The notes: generated by a model from the sequence alone, not told the origin. DNA of 63,761 bases, filler included, from Licmophora abbreviata (GCA_900291995.1; 10 parts of 10 records of this genome joined end to end with filler, not necessarily neighbours in it); one strand, 5' to 3'. Counted from the first letter of the whole stretch, positions 11,238-21,813 are shown. A program made the numbers and translations.

Positions 11238-12493
11238 CTGTCAGGAGAGAAGTTTGGGTAGAAGAGGGGCAAGATGAGAATAAACTGTACCTCAACAAAA
11301 AGGTCCAATGCCACCAGTCATTGAGATGTACGATGGTCCCAGCCAGAAAAATGCAGNNNNNNNNNNNNNNNNNNNNNNNNNNNNNNNNNNNNNNNNNNNN
11401 TTAATTAATTAANNNNNNNNNNNNNNNNNNNNNNNNNNNNNNNNNNNNNNNNNNNNCGTTCTTCCCCGCCAACCACGCTGTCTACTCGTGCCGTCTACTA
11501 GCGCCCGACGTGGGGTTCCCACTCTTGCGGGCGGTCGACTTTTCGACCTCTCACTGGTGGTGCCGTTTAGGTCAATAGAGAGCCCTTTTCGTTCGCAAAA
11601 GACGTACCTTGAGTGCCGGCAGGGTACGAGCCCATCTCTGGGCACCCTTGGGGGCGTATCGTCGAGCCACGGAGGCCATTTCTGAAACTGCGCCGCTCAT
11701 TGTGCTGTCCAGCTGAATAGTGAGAGCAGAACTTCCTCCGATCGGCGGGGCAAATTGTAAAATGCCTTCGATGCGCGCGAAATAGAACCACGTAGAATCG
11801 ACGTAGCATCTGGTACTTTGCATCCCAAAAATTCGGGTATCTTTACCCTTTTGGGAAGGATGGTAGAAAACTGTCGTAGAGTTCTACGACCCGCGCCAAG
11901 AATATGCGAAGTCAATATAGGTAGAACGTGGTACTTCAGTCACGTAGGAATTTGGGACCTCGAGGAAAGTTCTGAGTCCGAGGAATTCTGTCTGTCTGTG
12001 CTTGTGGTGCTCCACCGAAGCCGGCATGACTGACGCCCGTTCCCGTCTTCCAAGGGGGGTCTGTCTGAGCGTATCATATGTACAAGCGAGAGCGCGGGCA
12101 CCGACGAGCAGACCGCGGACCGCAGACATCAATTGTACAACCAACAATAGGGGTTGGCTGTTTCGAAACTGGCACTTGTACACACTGTAGTTAACTTTCT
12201 ACCAGCATTTTTAGCTACATGTGTGTCCAATATCTTTACCTGTACTTGCAAAGCTGCAAAGGAGAACAAGCAAAGAGAGCTGGACATATGAGAGCTCCTG
12301 TGACAGTCTAATTTTGTGGGACCATGCATGGAAAGGCCCCGGGAAGCACTTCGTATCCATGAAATCCGAGGTGCAGTCATCACTGATGGTCTAACAACTC
12401 GTCTCGCCCAATTGCTTGTAACGGCGTTGTCCTCCAGAGCTAATCCTCTTCACGCTGCTTGCTCGGCTGCGATCTTGAGCTTCCAATTTCCGG

Positions 12494-13270
12494 TTAATTG
12501 TATATCTTTAACACAACTAGGGCAGAAGATCTGTCCGCCAATGGAATCCAGCATTTTGAACTCCCTAGAGATTTGATCCGCTGGAAAGAGGGCTTATTCA
12601 TAGGACCATACCGTCGCCACGCGCATGGCAAGCAGACGCCGTTGCTGTTGCACCGCGTGCACATCGCGATGCGTGTCATCAATATCCTCTCACAGTCAAG
12701 GCACAACGATGTTGAGCATGTATGGCAGGCATATAGTATCGAACCACGATTTGCATGAGCAGAACATACTTGGATCTTGCACCAGGCGCATCTTTTCACT
12801 CCGGATGTGTGGTGTCGCAAGCAACGGACAACGTGACAGAGTGGTTCGGCACAGACTGTAATCGTTTGAGTATCTTGATCGGTATCAGTATTTAGACAAT
12901 CAGCACACTCTGGGTTTTTGGAACGGCATGTTTTCAGATATCCCCTTCGAAGCTTCTTGTATTTGTTCAGAGCATCCTTCCCGTGACTCGCATCGTCAAA
13001 CGCCAAAAATCGTGCCACCACAGCAGCAAGCTTGTTGGTCTCGACCGAATCAGGATTCTCCTCGCATATCTGCATCATGTTTTGAAAGGCACGTGACCTG
13101 TGTGTTCCATGCATTGCACAGTGAGGCTTCCATGTGTTGTCAGAAGTCGCAAGTGCACGAAACGCAGTTGAGGCGGAGCCAAGCGACAGCAACAGATCCT
13201 TTGGCCCGAGAAAAAGCATTACTTGAGCCTGAATGACCGCATCTGGAATATCGGAGAGTGATATTGGCAT
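12494..13270 (-). CDS. F-box-like protein with Cys-rich C-terminus
   Basis: LSDIPDAVIQAQVMLFLGPKDLLLSLGSASTAFRALA..W is F-box-like; several CxxC motifs follow (CADC, CAWC, CHTC, CLDC, CTRC, CLPC). Confidence 0.65.
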   Translation of the reverse strand: MPISLSDIPDAVIQAQVMLFLGPKDLLLSLGSASTAFRALATSDNTWKPHCAMHGTHRSRAFQNMMQICEENPDSVETNKLAAVVARFLAFDDASHGKDALNKYKKLRRGYLKTCRSKNPECADCLNTDTDQDTQTITVCAEPLCHVVRCLRHHTSGVKRCAWCKIQVCSAHANRGSILYACHTCSTSLCLDCERILMTRIAMCTRCNSNGVCLPCAWRRYGPMNKPSFQRIKSLGSSKCWIPLADRSSALVVLKIYN

Positions 13271-13324
13271 ATCGGTACTATATTTGGAGACTTTGAGAGA
13301 GCCGCAAATCGAGTCGTGCGTCTT

Positions 13325-13348
13325 GAGAGAGAGAGAGAGAGAGAGAGA
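13325..13348. repeat. (GA)12 microsatellite
   Basis: Read directly. Confidence 0.95.
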
Positions 13349-13594
13349 TGAGAGGTTCGCTTTTCTGGGGTGATGAGTGGTGAATGCATGTTTTGTGAGA
13401 GGGAGAGAGAGTGCGAACATCTGTCTATCAATTTCGCAATGATTGTTTAACAGCTAAGGTGAATTTTGATATGCGTNNNNNNNNNNNNNNNNNNNNNNNN
13501 NNNNNNNNNNNNNNNNNNNNTTAATTAATTAANNNNNNNNNNNNNNNNNNNNNNNNNNNNNNNNNNNNNNNNNNNNATCACCGACTGCCCATAG

Positions 13595-15397
13595 AGAGGT
13601 ATCCCCGACTTTGTGGCCGTGGTCACCGATCACCAAGATTTTTTCGACGACGCCATGGCTAACCTTGAAGAGAATCACGAGACAATCGGTGAACAGAGGT
13701 GGACCATACAGACTCGATCCTCGCAGCGGATGACAAATTCTTTTCATGTCGCCGCGCTTCACAGGATCATGGGACTAGAGATAAGATCGATCAGTCTGCT
13801 GCTGCCGGGTCAGACAACTAATCTGCATCGAACGTATGGGCATCATCTCTTTGGGAATCGAATTCTTCCTTTTGAATTCAATATGTCATCCATTCCGCCG
13901 AATACGGTGCTACCGGTCTCGTTCGTCTGGCATGGTCGCACTTATCAGGTTCTTTCATGCAAGATCCATAACCCCAAGTTCCCTAAGGGCGGCGATAGGA
14001 GGTTTCATGGACCACCATCCATGACAGCCTCTATGCAGTATGTTGCAACGTCTGGCGAGAACCTGTCGACCTTGGATCTTCAGCAGACGCTGAACGAGAT
14101 GGGAAATTTTGCAGCTCTGACTTCATGCAAAGCCGCATCCCGTCTCGAGCTCTTTTGTAGCCCTGCCCGCATGAGTAATCGCAAGGACAGGAAATGGCTG
14201 ATTTTTGATGATTTGACATGCTCCGATTTCGAGGTGATCAGCGGTGGCAACGAGTGCGGTTTCATACCAAGGCGCTACATTCAACGCTTTCTTGGTAACC
14301 GCGCCGTCGGAAAGAGGACCCACTCTCTGCAGATTCGACTGTTTGCTCCCAAGCTGGGAATTTACAAAGGCATGCTATTCGAGAAGCCAAGCATCGACAA
14401 GATACAACTTCCAGCAGGTATGGCCAAAGTGGGCCCCTCCTTGCTTGGTGGTCAGTGTGACGATTGGTTATGCCTTGTCATTACATCCATTGATCCAAAC
14501 AGCACGAATGTTAATATCAACAAGCTTCTCCAGGGAGAAGAGCGTCCAAAAAGCTTTGTGCCAAAGCAGCCGTCGTCAATGGTGACCTGCCTTTGGCAAG
14601 GTCTCGGTGTCCCACAGAACGTCATCGAGAGATACATGAGCGACATATCGGACGACAAACGAAAGCTTCAGCATGCCTTTGTCGTTGGAGTTGCTGACCC
14701 CACTGCATCTCTGCCTGAGGGACATGTCTTCATTACCGGTCTGAAAAAGAACGGCGTGCATCGCGATGAGCTGTTCGTTACTCGTTGCCCGTGCATGGAA
14801 AGAAGCGATGGTCGAATGCTGCCAGCGGTTGTGACAAAGCCCAGGGGAATGACTGACGCACAATGGTCTTGGTTGAACTGTCTCGACTTTGGAAGTATTG
14901 TCTTTGCGAACTCCTGTGACGGGCGTCGTCCCTTGCCTGAGCTTATTGCCAACGGTGATCTCGATGGAGATCTCTACTTCGTTTGCTGGAATACAACGAT
15001 TCTGTCTAACATGCAATATGCACAGCCTGTTGACCTATGCCAAGCCGATGGTCCCTCCCCTATGATGGAGGCGTCTGAAACAGTACCCCCCTCGGTGCGT
15101 TGGTTTGAGGAAATACAGAAGAGTATCGTAGACCTTCGGTCCATGGTGGAACAGAATAAGCTAATTGGAAAGCTGTACTCGCAGTCCGTTGCCGTGGCGA
15201 ATGGTTCAATTGAGGGCATCAATGATCCGGACGCAATAAGATTCGGAAGGGCATGCAAGGATGCAATTGACATTAGAAAACATGGTGGGAAAGTCTTCCT
15301 CCCGCGCCATCTCTGGAGCCTCGTCCCCGACGGTCTTCACACGTATCTCGACGACGGCCAAGAAACTTCGGATGACCGTTCTACTAGAGTCCTTTAA
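13595..15397 (+). CDS. Cellular (RNAi-type) RNA-dependent RNA polymerase, compact; probably 5' partial
   Basis: Catalytic GDLDGDLYFVCW, with ECGFI, QIRLF..GIYKGML, GVADPT..LPEGHVFI and VTRCPC in the usual order. In-frame TAG at 13592-13594 may be a splice acceptor. Confidence 0.88.
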   Translation, partial: RGIPDFVAVVTDHQDFFDDAMANLEENHETIGEQRWTIQTRSSQRMTNSFHVAALHRIMGLEIRSISLLLPGQTTNLHRTYGHHLFGNRILPFEFNMSSIPPNTVLPVSFVWHGRTYQVLSCKIHNPKFPKGGDRRFHGPPSMTASMQYVATSGENLSTLDLQQTLNEMGNFAALTSCKAASRLELFCSPARMSNRKDRKWLIFDDLTCSDFEVISGGNECGFIPRRYIQRFLGNRAVGKRTHSLQIRLFAPKLGIYKGMLFEKPSIDKIQLPAGMAKVGPSLLGGQCDDWLCLVITSIDPNSTNVNINKLLQGEERPKSFVPKQPSSMVTCLWQGLGVPQNVIERYMSDISDDKRKLQHAFVVGVADPTASLPEGHVFITGLKKNGVHRDELFVTRCPCMERSDGRMLPAVVTKPRGMTDAQWSWLNCLDFGSIVFANSCDGRRPLPELIANGDLDGDLYFVCWNTTILSNMQYAQPVDLCQADGPSPMMEASETVPPSVRWFEEIQKSIVDLRSMVEQNKLIGKLYSQSVAVANGSIEGINDPDAIRFGRACKDAIDIRKHGGKVFLPRHLWSLVPDGLHTYLDDGQETSDDRSTRVL

Positions 15398-15428
15398 TTG
15401 TCTTCTATTGATATCTAATCTACATAAG

Positions 15429-16982
15429 CTAAGCTGCAAAAGAATTGTCTTTAGTCCACTTGGCAAGCGTAGATTCCAACGCGTCCAAGTCCCTACTTCC
15501 GACATACAGTTCAGTTCCCTCTTGCTCGTGTGATCCGTATCCTTTCCGCTTGCAGAGGAAGATGGTCGGAAAAGACTGCGGTACATATCCGTCGGGACAG
15601 TCGTTCGCGGAACCATCAATGGCGAGAAACTGGACCCTTTCGTTCTTTCGATGCTTTCTTGCCAACTTTCGAAATGTAGGAAAGAATTTTTTACAATGAG
15701 GACACCAGGGGGCATAAACGAAGACCAACGCCGCCTTGTTGGGGAACTCATCGAGAAAGAGCGAGAGTGTACCCGAGACAGCGTTGCGGTATGCCCGAGT
15801 TTCCGGATCCCACGGATCCGGGGGTGGATCCTGGCCCCGTAGAATACGCTGGGCGCCGTACCTTTCTGCGTACACCAAATGATCGACGATTCGAAATCGA
15901 TGAAGACCGGCCTGCCTTGAAGATAGCCGCGAGAAGCCTTCTAGTGATGCCAGATTTGCATTCTTCTGAAGAGCACTTTGCACTTCCTTCTTGTCTGCTG
16001 GCATGAAATGAATTAAGCTTCCAACGTGTCGAAAGCCGACCACACGCCCCGGCAGTCCAGGTACTGGATCCAGCCCATTGACTACACGATACAGCCTGAC
16101 CCCTTTGAGGCTGTGAAAGAACTCGTGGCCCCGAACGTCGAAGACGCGCGGTTGTCCGAACGTGTACGCGATTATCGAGTCAATTCCATGCTTGTACGCC
16201 AAGTCTGCGACGCAAAATGTTGCCTGGGCTCCACCGAGGCTGTGGCCTGTTACAAACACTTGATAGTCTGGGTGCTCTTTCTTCATCTGCACAACCGACG
16301 CGATGATCTGGTCCTTGATGCTTCGGTACGTGTGAAAGAAGCCAGAGTGTACCTTAACTCTCGTTGGATATGTGTGCCCACTCGTGGCATGGACGCCACT
16401 CGAAAAAGCACCATCGTGGTTGTTCTTTTCTCCGTGATGTTCATGGTCTCGCTTCTTGAGAAAGATCAAATTGGCCTTCCAGTTCGTTAAACTGACAGTA
16501 CCGCGAAAGGATGCAACTATAGCCTTGCGTTTTGTATCGTACCCGGCGAAGCCTGAGGCGTCTTGTTTGTCATCATGTGCTCGTACGACATAGTGAAATC
16601 CATCAACAGGAGCTCTCTCGCTGTGACAGCCGCATTCGAACAAGGGCGTGCTGTGCAGCTTGCAGTAGGCAGCCGAAGAATGTCCAACCAAGTACCGAGC
16701 CGTTTCCGTCTGGTATCCCTCCGGAAATCCAATAGTTTCATCTGTGGTTCCCCCTTTTGATCGGCTGAAGGGCCCAAGCCATTTGTGGAGCAAACTCTTA
16801 TTGATAGAAGTAGAAGACTCACCCTGGACAGACATGTCGTCGTCCTCCTCCTGCTTCAGAATCTCGGAAGCACCCATTTTTCCGAGGGCATCGTCGGCCT
16901 CCTCGACGTTGTAGCGTCCAACGGTGGTCATTGTTCCGCAGGAGATCATAGCCGGCATCTGGCTATCTGCTGCGGCTTCCAT
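15429..16982 (-). CDS. Class 3 lipase fused to a C-terminal thioredoxin domain (WCPHC)
   Basis: SFRGT, VHSGF, VTGHSLGGA, YTFGQPRV, RVVNGLDPVP, DHLVY; then VFVYAPWCPHCKKFFP...FLAIDG...SFPTIFL in one ORF. Start Met inferred (ORF open to 17348). Confidence 0.85.
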   Translation of the reverse strand: MEAAADSQMPAMISCGTMTTVGRYNVEEADDALGKMGASEILKQEEDDDMSVQGESSTSINKSLLHKWLGPFSRSKGGTTDETIGFPEGYQTETARYLVGHSSAAYCKLHSTPLFECGCHSERAPVDGFHYVVRAHDDKQDASGFAGYDTKRKAIVASFRGTVSLTNWKANLIFLKKRDHEHHGEKNNHDGAFSSGVHATSGHTYPTRVKVHSGFFHTYRSIKDQIIASVVQMKKEHPDYQVFVTGHSLGGAQATFCVADLAYKHGIDSIIAYTFGQPRVFDVRGHEFFHSLKGVRLYRVVNGLDPVPGLPGRVVGFRHVGSLIHFMPADKKEVQSALQKNANLASLEGFSRLSSRQAGLHRFRIVDHLVYAERYGAQRILRGQDPPPDPWDPETRAYRNAVSGTLSLFLDEFPNKAALVFVYAPWCPHCKKFFPTFRKLARKHRKNERVQFLAIDGSANDCPDGYVPQSFPTIFLCKRKGYGSHEQEGTELYVGSRDLDALESTLAKWTKDNSFAA

Positions 16983-17548
16983 GTTCAACGTGTTGATTCG
17001 CGAGGGTCCGGAAGCATGAATGGAGTGACATGAACAACGTCGAGATGATAGAAACGCCGCCGTGAACCATCTCATCACCGCATCAACAAACGCGCGTCGC
17101 GCCATCACAGCGGAAATCAGAAAGAATTTTGCACATTTTTCAAAAGAGAGAGCAGCATTTTTTCCGAAATCGGCCAAAACTTCAAAAGAATCGGAACAAC
17201 TCAAGAAAGAACCCGGACTAAGCATTGCTTTTCGGGCGTTCAGGCTACGTGGACCTGCGTACGATTTGTACTGCGGTTCGATTGGATTCGGATCTGAAGA
17301 ACCTGTGGAAAACAAACGAACAAACCATACAAACAAGTCATCAATCAAAGTGGCATCAGAGGACGCCGGTTGTTTGTCCTGTCCTGTTTACAAAGCAGCG
17401 GAACAGCGGATCTCCATTGGGCGTCGTCCAGAATCAGCAGGCTTGAGCAGTGTACGGGTTTGAGGATCCGAGTCTCTCGAAACTGTCCAGAAATTCGATC
17501 CTTGCCACCTTAGGGTGTTTTTGAGTTCTGATCCGATTTGCAGGAAAT

Positions 17549-19214
17549 ATGTCGTCCGAAGCGAGCGGTCAAGATGAACTCGTCTCCCAGTTTCTCGCCA
17601 TTACTGGTATTTCTGATGTGTCACGGGCAACCAGCTACTTGGAAATGAGCGGAGGAAGTCTGGACAATGCCATTGCCTTATTTTTCGAGAACAGCGCGGG
17701 ACCCAGTCCCACTGCTGGCGGGGTCGCCGCTCCCACAATGGAGGACACCGTCCGAGCTCCCGATGCGACGCGAACGATGCGCCTAATGGACAGCCCCATG
17801 CACGGAAATCCTCTCGTCGCGCACATGATGGGAATGATGGATGAGCAGGAGAACAATATGCTTATGTCGTCGGCGTTTGGGGGGGCTGCTGCACCGTTTG
17901 GCGGTGGTGCTGGTGGTTCTGTTCGGGATGCCATCAACCAACATGCAGCAGCCGCCATGCATAGCCGGCAAAGTGACAGAGACGAAGAAGATGATGACAT
18001 TGATTACGAATACGTGGACGACGATGATGAGGACGATGATGGTATCCAAGGAGAGAACGAACCGCCAGACGCGGACGCTGCATCGACACTGGAAAACATG
18101 TTTGCTCCTCCAACACACTTGATTCACAGTGCCGGAGGCTTTCAAGGCGCGCGATCCGTGGCTAAAGACTCGCGACGGTGGCTCCTGGTTAACATACAGC
18201 GTGATTCGGAGTTTTCGAGTCATGCGCTGAATCGTGATGTCTGGCGAGATGAGCTGGTCGAGAACCTTGTGAGAGAGGGTTTCATCTTTTGGCAGACGGT
18301 GCGTTTCCGCATAGACATGAGAGAGAGCATGCACACAGTGTGCTGATACTTGACCCGTGTACGCTGACAGCATCTCCTCTGTATCTTTTCTTCTAGATGG
18401 ACGTTACACCCGATGGACGCACCTACGTAGAACGCTATCAAGTTCATGACTTTCCGCACGTTGCCATCCTGGATCCTCGTACAGGACGCTTAATGTGGCG
18501 AAAGGAGGGTTGGACGCAGGTTAATCCTCTCACGGCAATGGACTTTGCCGAAAATGCCATGGACTTTTGCTCTCGTCATTCTTTTGACAAGCCTCCTGTT
18601 GCAGGATCTCGAGCCAGCGGAAGCTCTGCTGGTACAGGCAACAAGAAGCGTTCCACGACGGAGCAAGAACAACTCCAGGAGGCTATGCGAGCCAGTCTCA
18701 AAAAGACGGACAGCATCGAAGACATGGACGACGATGGTGATGTGGAATATCTTGGCACTTCAGGTGGGAGTGAGGATTCTCCCGCGACAGCGCCGTTGGC
18801 GCATCAGAAAGAAGAAGCGATACCCAAAGAGCCAAGCGTGGTGGAGCAGTGGCTTGCGATCGCCGTTGGTGACGAGCCTGATGATGGCGCCCGCATTCAG
18901 ATTCGAATGCCGGATGCTAAGAGATTGGTGCGCAAGTTTGGGGCTGATAGTATCGTCAAGACAATCTATGCATTTGTTGCGGTACGTTGGAGTTTTGGTC
19001 GGGGCGTTGTGAACTTGGACTCGGGCAGAACCGCAAGGTTGCTAACTCTTTTGCCTCCTTTGTGGTTTAGCAATCCAACGAGGAAGCCCGAGGTGGACGG
19101 GAGTTCTCTCTCATGGCGGGATTTCCTCCGAAGGATCTCATTAGTAACATTGACGATACGATCGCTAGTTGTAAGCTCTCTGGGCAGGCGGTGACAGTTC
19201 GTTGGAAGGACTGA
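17549..19214 (+). CDS. UBX-domain p97/CDC48 adaptor (UBXN7/PUX7-like: UBA-UAS-UIM-UBX); exons 17549-18298, 18397-18981, 19071-19214
   Basis: QFLAITG..ATSYLEMSGGSLDNAIALFF (UBA-like); WLLVNIQ..EFSSHALNRDVW (UAS); EQEQLQEAMRASL (UIM); RIQIRMPD...AGFPP (UBX). Confidence 0.9.
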
Positions 19215-19319
19215 TTCATTTCTGAAAAACAAGGGGACGTACGGTACCGTCAAGTGCTTATTATAAAAGTGGAAAGACCTGAGTGTCTCTGTTTTTCATA
19301 TGCCTTCCTCTTAGTATTC

Positions 19320-19502
19320 TTACAGTTTTTCTGGTTCCACATCGGCGCTGCTCGGAGGCTTGGTAATGAACCTGTAGGCGTACTCGGCGCCCACAAAGAC
19401 CCCGTAAATCACAATAGCTTTTTTGAAGCCTGGCAGCGGATCCTTCCACAGATTCAGAAACAGAGGGTGGCGTCGCCACGCATCTTGGCCTTGAAATACC
19501 AT
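19320..19502 (-). CDS. NDUFB3: Complex I accessory subunit B12-like (60 aa)
   Basis: AWRRHPLF..LWKDPLPGFKKAIVIYGVFVGAE resembles plant B12 (WRKHP....LPG then one TM helix). An upstream acceptor suggests a 5'-UTR intron. Confidence 0.7.
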   Translation of the reverse strand: MVFQGQDAWRRHPLFLNLWKDPLPGFKKAIVIYGVFVGAEYAYRFITKPPSSADVEPEKL

Positions 19503-19983
19503 TGTCTATTGAACAAGTCTGGCTGCAAGAAAGGCATGGGGGCGGACAACATAGTGTGAGCGCTGATCGGTTGAAAAGTGGTTAGCAGGATTCCGTCGGT
19601 GCATAGAGGCGGAAAGGCAAGAAGGAATCTCACTTGTCGGCATCGGGTTTGTCTTCAAGCAACCCTCCCTCTCCGTTTTTCATCGTTATCCTCCCTCCAT
19701 TGTGCTCTTCATATAATCTTCCGCATCCATAATATGCTCGTCGTGGCGAAAAAGAAAACGACGTACCAAAACTGTGAATACAGGCAAGAGCAACTCCGAA
19801 CGCGCTGTGCTGTTTCCGATGATGTCGAGATGCGGCTAGATTTTTTGAGATGTTTGGTGCGATGATTTTTTGATTTTTTTTCATCTTCATTCGCACGTCC
19901 GTCAGCCATCCGTCGTCGCCGGCCATCGCAGATCGCGCGCTCAGAATGTCAACCACACTTCACTACTCGAGTATCATGCTGTG

Positions 19984-21648
19984 ATGTTGGAGGATGAACC
20001 GCTCTTGTTGACTTCGGTGTACTCTTCCTCAAGCAATATGACCCCTCCAGAATGTCAAGTACGATGGAATCTATCCAAGGGTCCTTCGTCAGTAGAAAAT
20101 CGACGAAATATCTGCAAAACGAAGGGATGGGGCCACATCAGAGTTCTTCGAGTTCTGCTTCTCGTGGCAGTCTCGCCTGTTTCGTCACGAGGATGGTGTC
20201 CCTCGCTCGGTAAAGCATCGTCAATTCTGCGCCATAGGAATGATTGTCAGTGGAGAAATCGATGGAGTAAGCCGGTTAGCGTTTCGTCTCGTCATGCTCC
20301 GCTTCGCGGCGGCGCGATGGCGCCTCGGCCTGCGATACCTTTGGAGAATGACGAGGTCAGAATCAGGGAGCGAGGCATGGCAGCTGCGTTATTCGCTGCA
20401 TACTTTTCGGTGATGGGCGCGAAATGTGCACTGCCGTCCGTTTTCTCTATGCTTGTTCATCCTGAGACAGGATTGTCCTTCGCTGGCTGGTCGACGCGTC
20501 CCTTATCACTAATGGCTCGGCAGCTGACACTCTCGACGATGGCTGTAGCTCTGGGGAAGCTAGTTCTTGGACCTGTAATTGATCACTTTGGGGGGATTCG
20601 TTCATTGCAGATCTCTTTGTCCCTTCTGACTGTGTTGTTGGGAATCATTGCACGATGCAACACATTCACGGTCTTTGCTGTTGCCTGGATCTTTGTCGAT
20701 TTCATCTTTTCGTCATGCTGGGCGGCATGTATCAACGCAGTCCGCCAGGCCTTTCCCAAAGGAGAATGGGCTCAACGGGTTGGAATGCTGGCTGCAGCAG
20801 CAAGAACTGGTAATGCTGCTGCGTTCTCTATCTTTGCGTCTGTCCTCCACTTAGCGCAGCGACAAGCAGGGGGGCCTCCACCGTGGCGACTCGTATTTGG
20901 GGTGTCGGCCTCGATGCAGATCATTCCCATCATTCTCCTGTCGTATTTTGGGGCTATGTACAAAAGCAGGGGAGACATCATTGTGGAAGACGAGAGTGAC
21001 ATGGCTGCGCTGCCTCAAAAGCCGACATTGATTGCATCCCTACGAGTGTTGAGACGAGAGGCAGCGACACCTGAGTTCTGGTTACACTTTATCTCCAGGT
21101 CCGCGCTCCTGGTTTTCGGGTCGTTCCTTCTGTTTGTGCCGACAGTCATGTCACAATGCTATGGGGCAGGGAATTCATTCGCTGCTCAGACTGGATCAAT
21201 TTTTGCTCTGGGGTGTCTACTATCCGTCACACTAGGGTCACAGACTTATGACAACCTCAGCAAGAGAGGTAAGATCGTCTCAGTCGTGACACTCTTGGGA
21301 ATGGCAACGTTGTCTGCCCTTGCCCAGCTGGGGCACATGTCCGCGTTGATAAATATGTCGGCGAACCAAAGCGCGGGACTTCTGTTTCTATGGGGATTCT
21401 CCTTTGCTGTTCCATTCTATATTCCCCCTTCGCTATACGCTCTCGATCGGGGCGGCGTCGAATCCTCTGCAACAATTGCCGATGTATTCGACTTCGGCGG
21501 GTTTGGCATGCTCGCAGCCTTCAATGGCTATGTTGCTTCCATCGCTCACTACAGCGACTTATCGGCGTGGATTCCTGTCTTTCAGATTCTGTCGGCCTGC
21601 TCGGCAATATCGCTCGTGGCGCTTGCCCTCGCCATCGCCTTCGAGTGA
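19984..21648 (+). CDS. Major facilitator superfamily transporter; start uncertain (19984 or 20038)
   Basis: About 12 hydrophobic segments; motif A-like GKLVLGPVIDHFGG. Confidence 0.8.
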   Translation: MLEDEPLLLTSVYSSSSNMTPPECQVRWNLSKGPSSVENRRNICKTKGWGHIRVLRVLLLVAVSPVSSRGWCPSLGKASSILRHRNDCQWRNRWSKPVSVSSRHAPLRGGAMAPRPAIPLENDEVRIRERGMAAALFAAYFSVMGAKCALPSVFSMLVHPETGLSFAGWSTRPLSLMARQLTLSTMAVALGKLVLGPVIDHFGGIRSLQISLSLLTVLLGIIARCNTFTVFAVAWIFVDFIFSSCWAACINAVRQAFPKGEWAQRVGMLAAAARTGNAAAFSIFASVLHLAQRQAGGPPPWRLVFGVSASMQIIPIILLSYFGAMYKSRGDIIVEDESDMAALPQKPTLIASLRVLRREAATPEFWLHFISRSALLVFGSFLLFVPTVMSQCYGAGNSFAAQTGSIFALGCLLSVTLGSQTYDNLSKRGKIVSVVTLLGMATLSALAQLGHMSALINMSANQSAGLLFLWGFSFAVPFYIPPSLYALDRGGVESSATIADVFDFGGFGMLAAFNGYVASIAHYSDLSAWIPVFQILSACSAISLVALALAIAFE

Positions 21649-21813
21649 CCGATAAAACTGAACCGCATAGGCAACCCAGATTCCAAATATGCTAAGATAA
21701 TGATGACATACCATAAGTCATGTTCAATCGAGCGGCGGAATTCGAGTCGCACCGCGCAAATTTCTCGTTTCTATATGTATTTGCCTTCCTTTATAATCGA
21801 TATTTTATTTTGT

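Noticed and set aside
12055..12075. GGGGTCTGTCTGAGCGT resembling the 5.8S rRNA 3' end
   Set aside because: No other 5.8S motifs or flanking rDNA. I found no tRNA, rRNA or CRISPR features anywhere in the window.
15397..15429. Near-overlap of convergent RdRP and lipase genes as a special dsRNA system
   Set aside because: Equally tight convergent spacing occurs between housekeeping genes here (34460/34491), so it reflects genome compactness.
16983..17348. Upstream extension of the lipase ORF (likewise 36051-36299 and 19870-19983)
   Set aside because: Relies on non-ATG or weak starts and runs through divergent promoter-like regions; probably untranslated.
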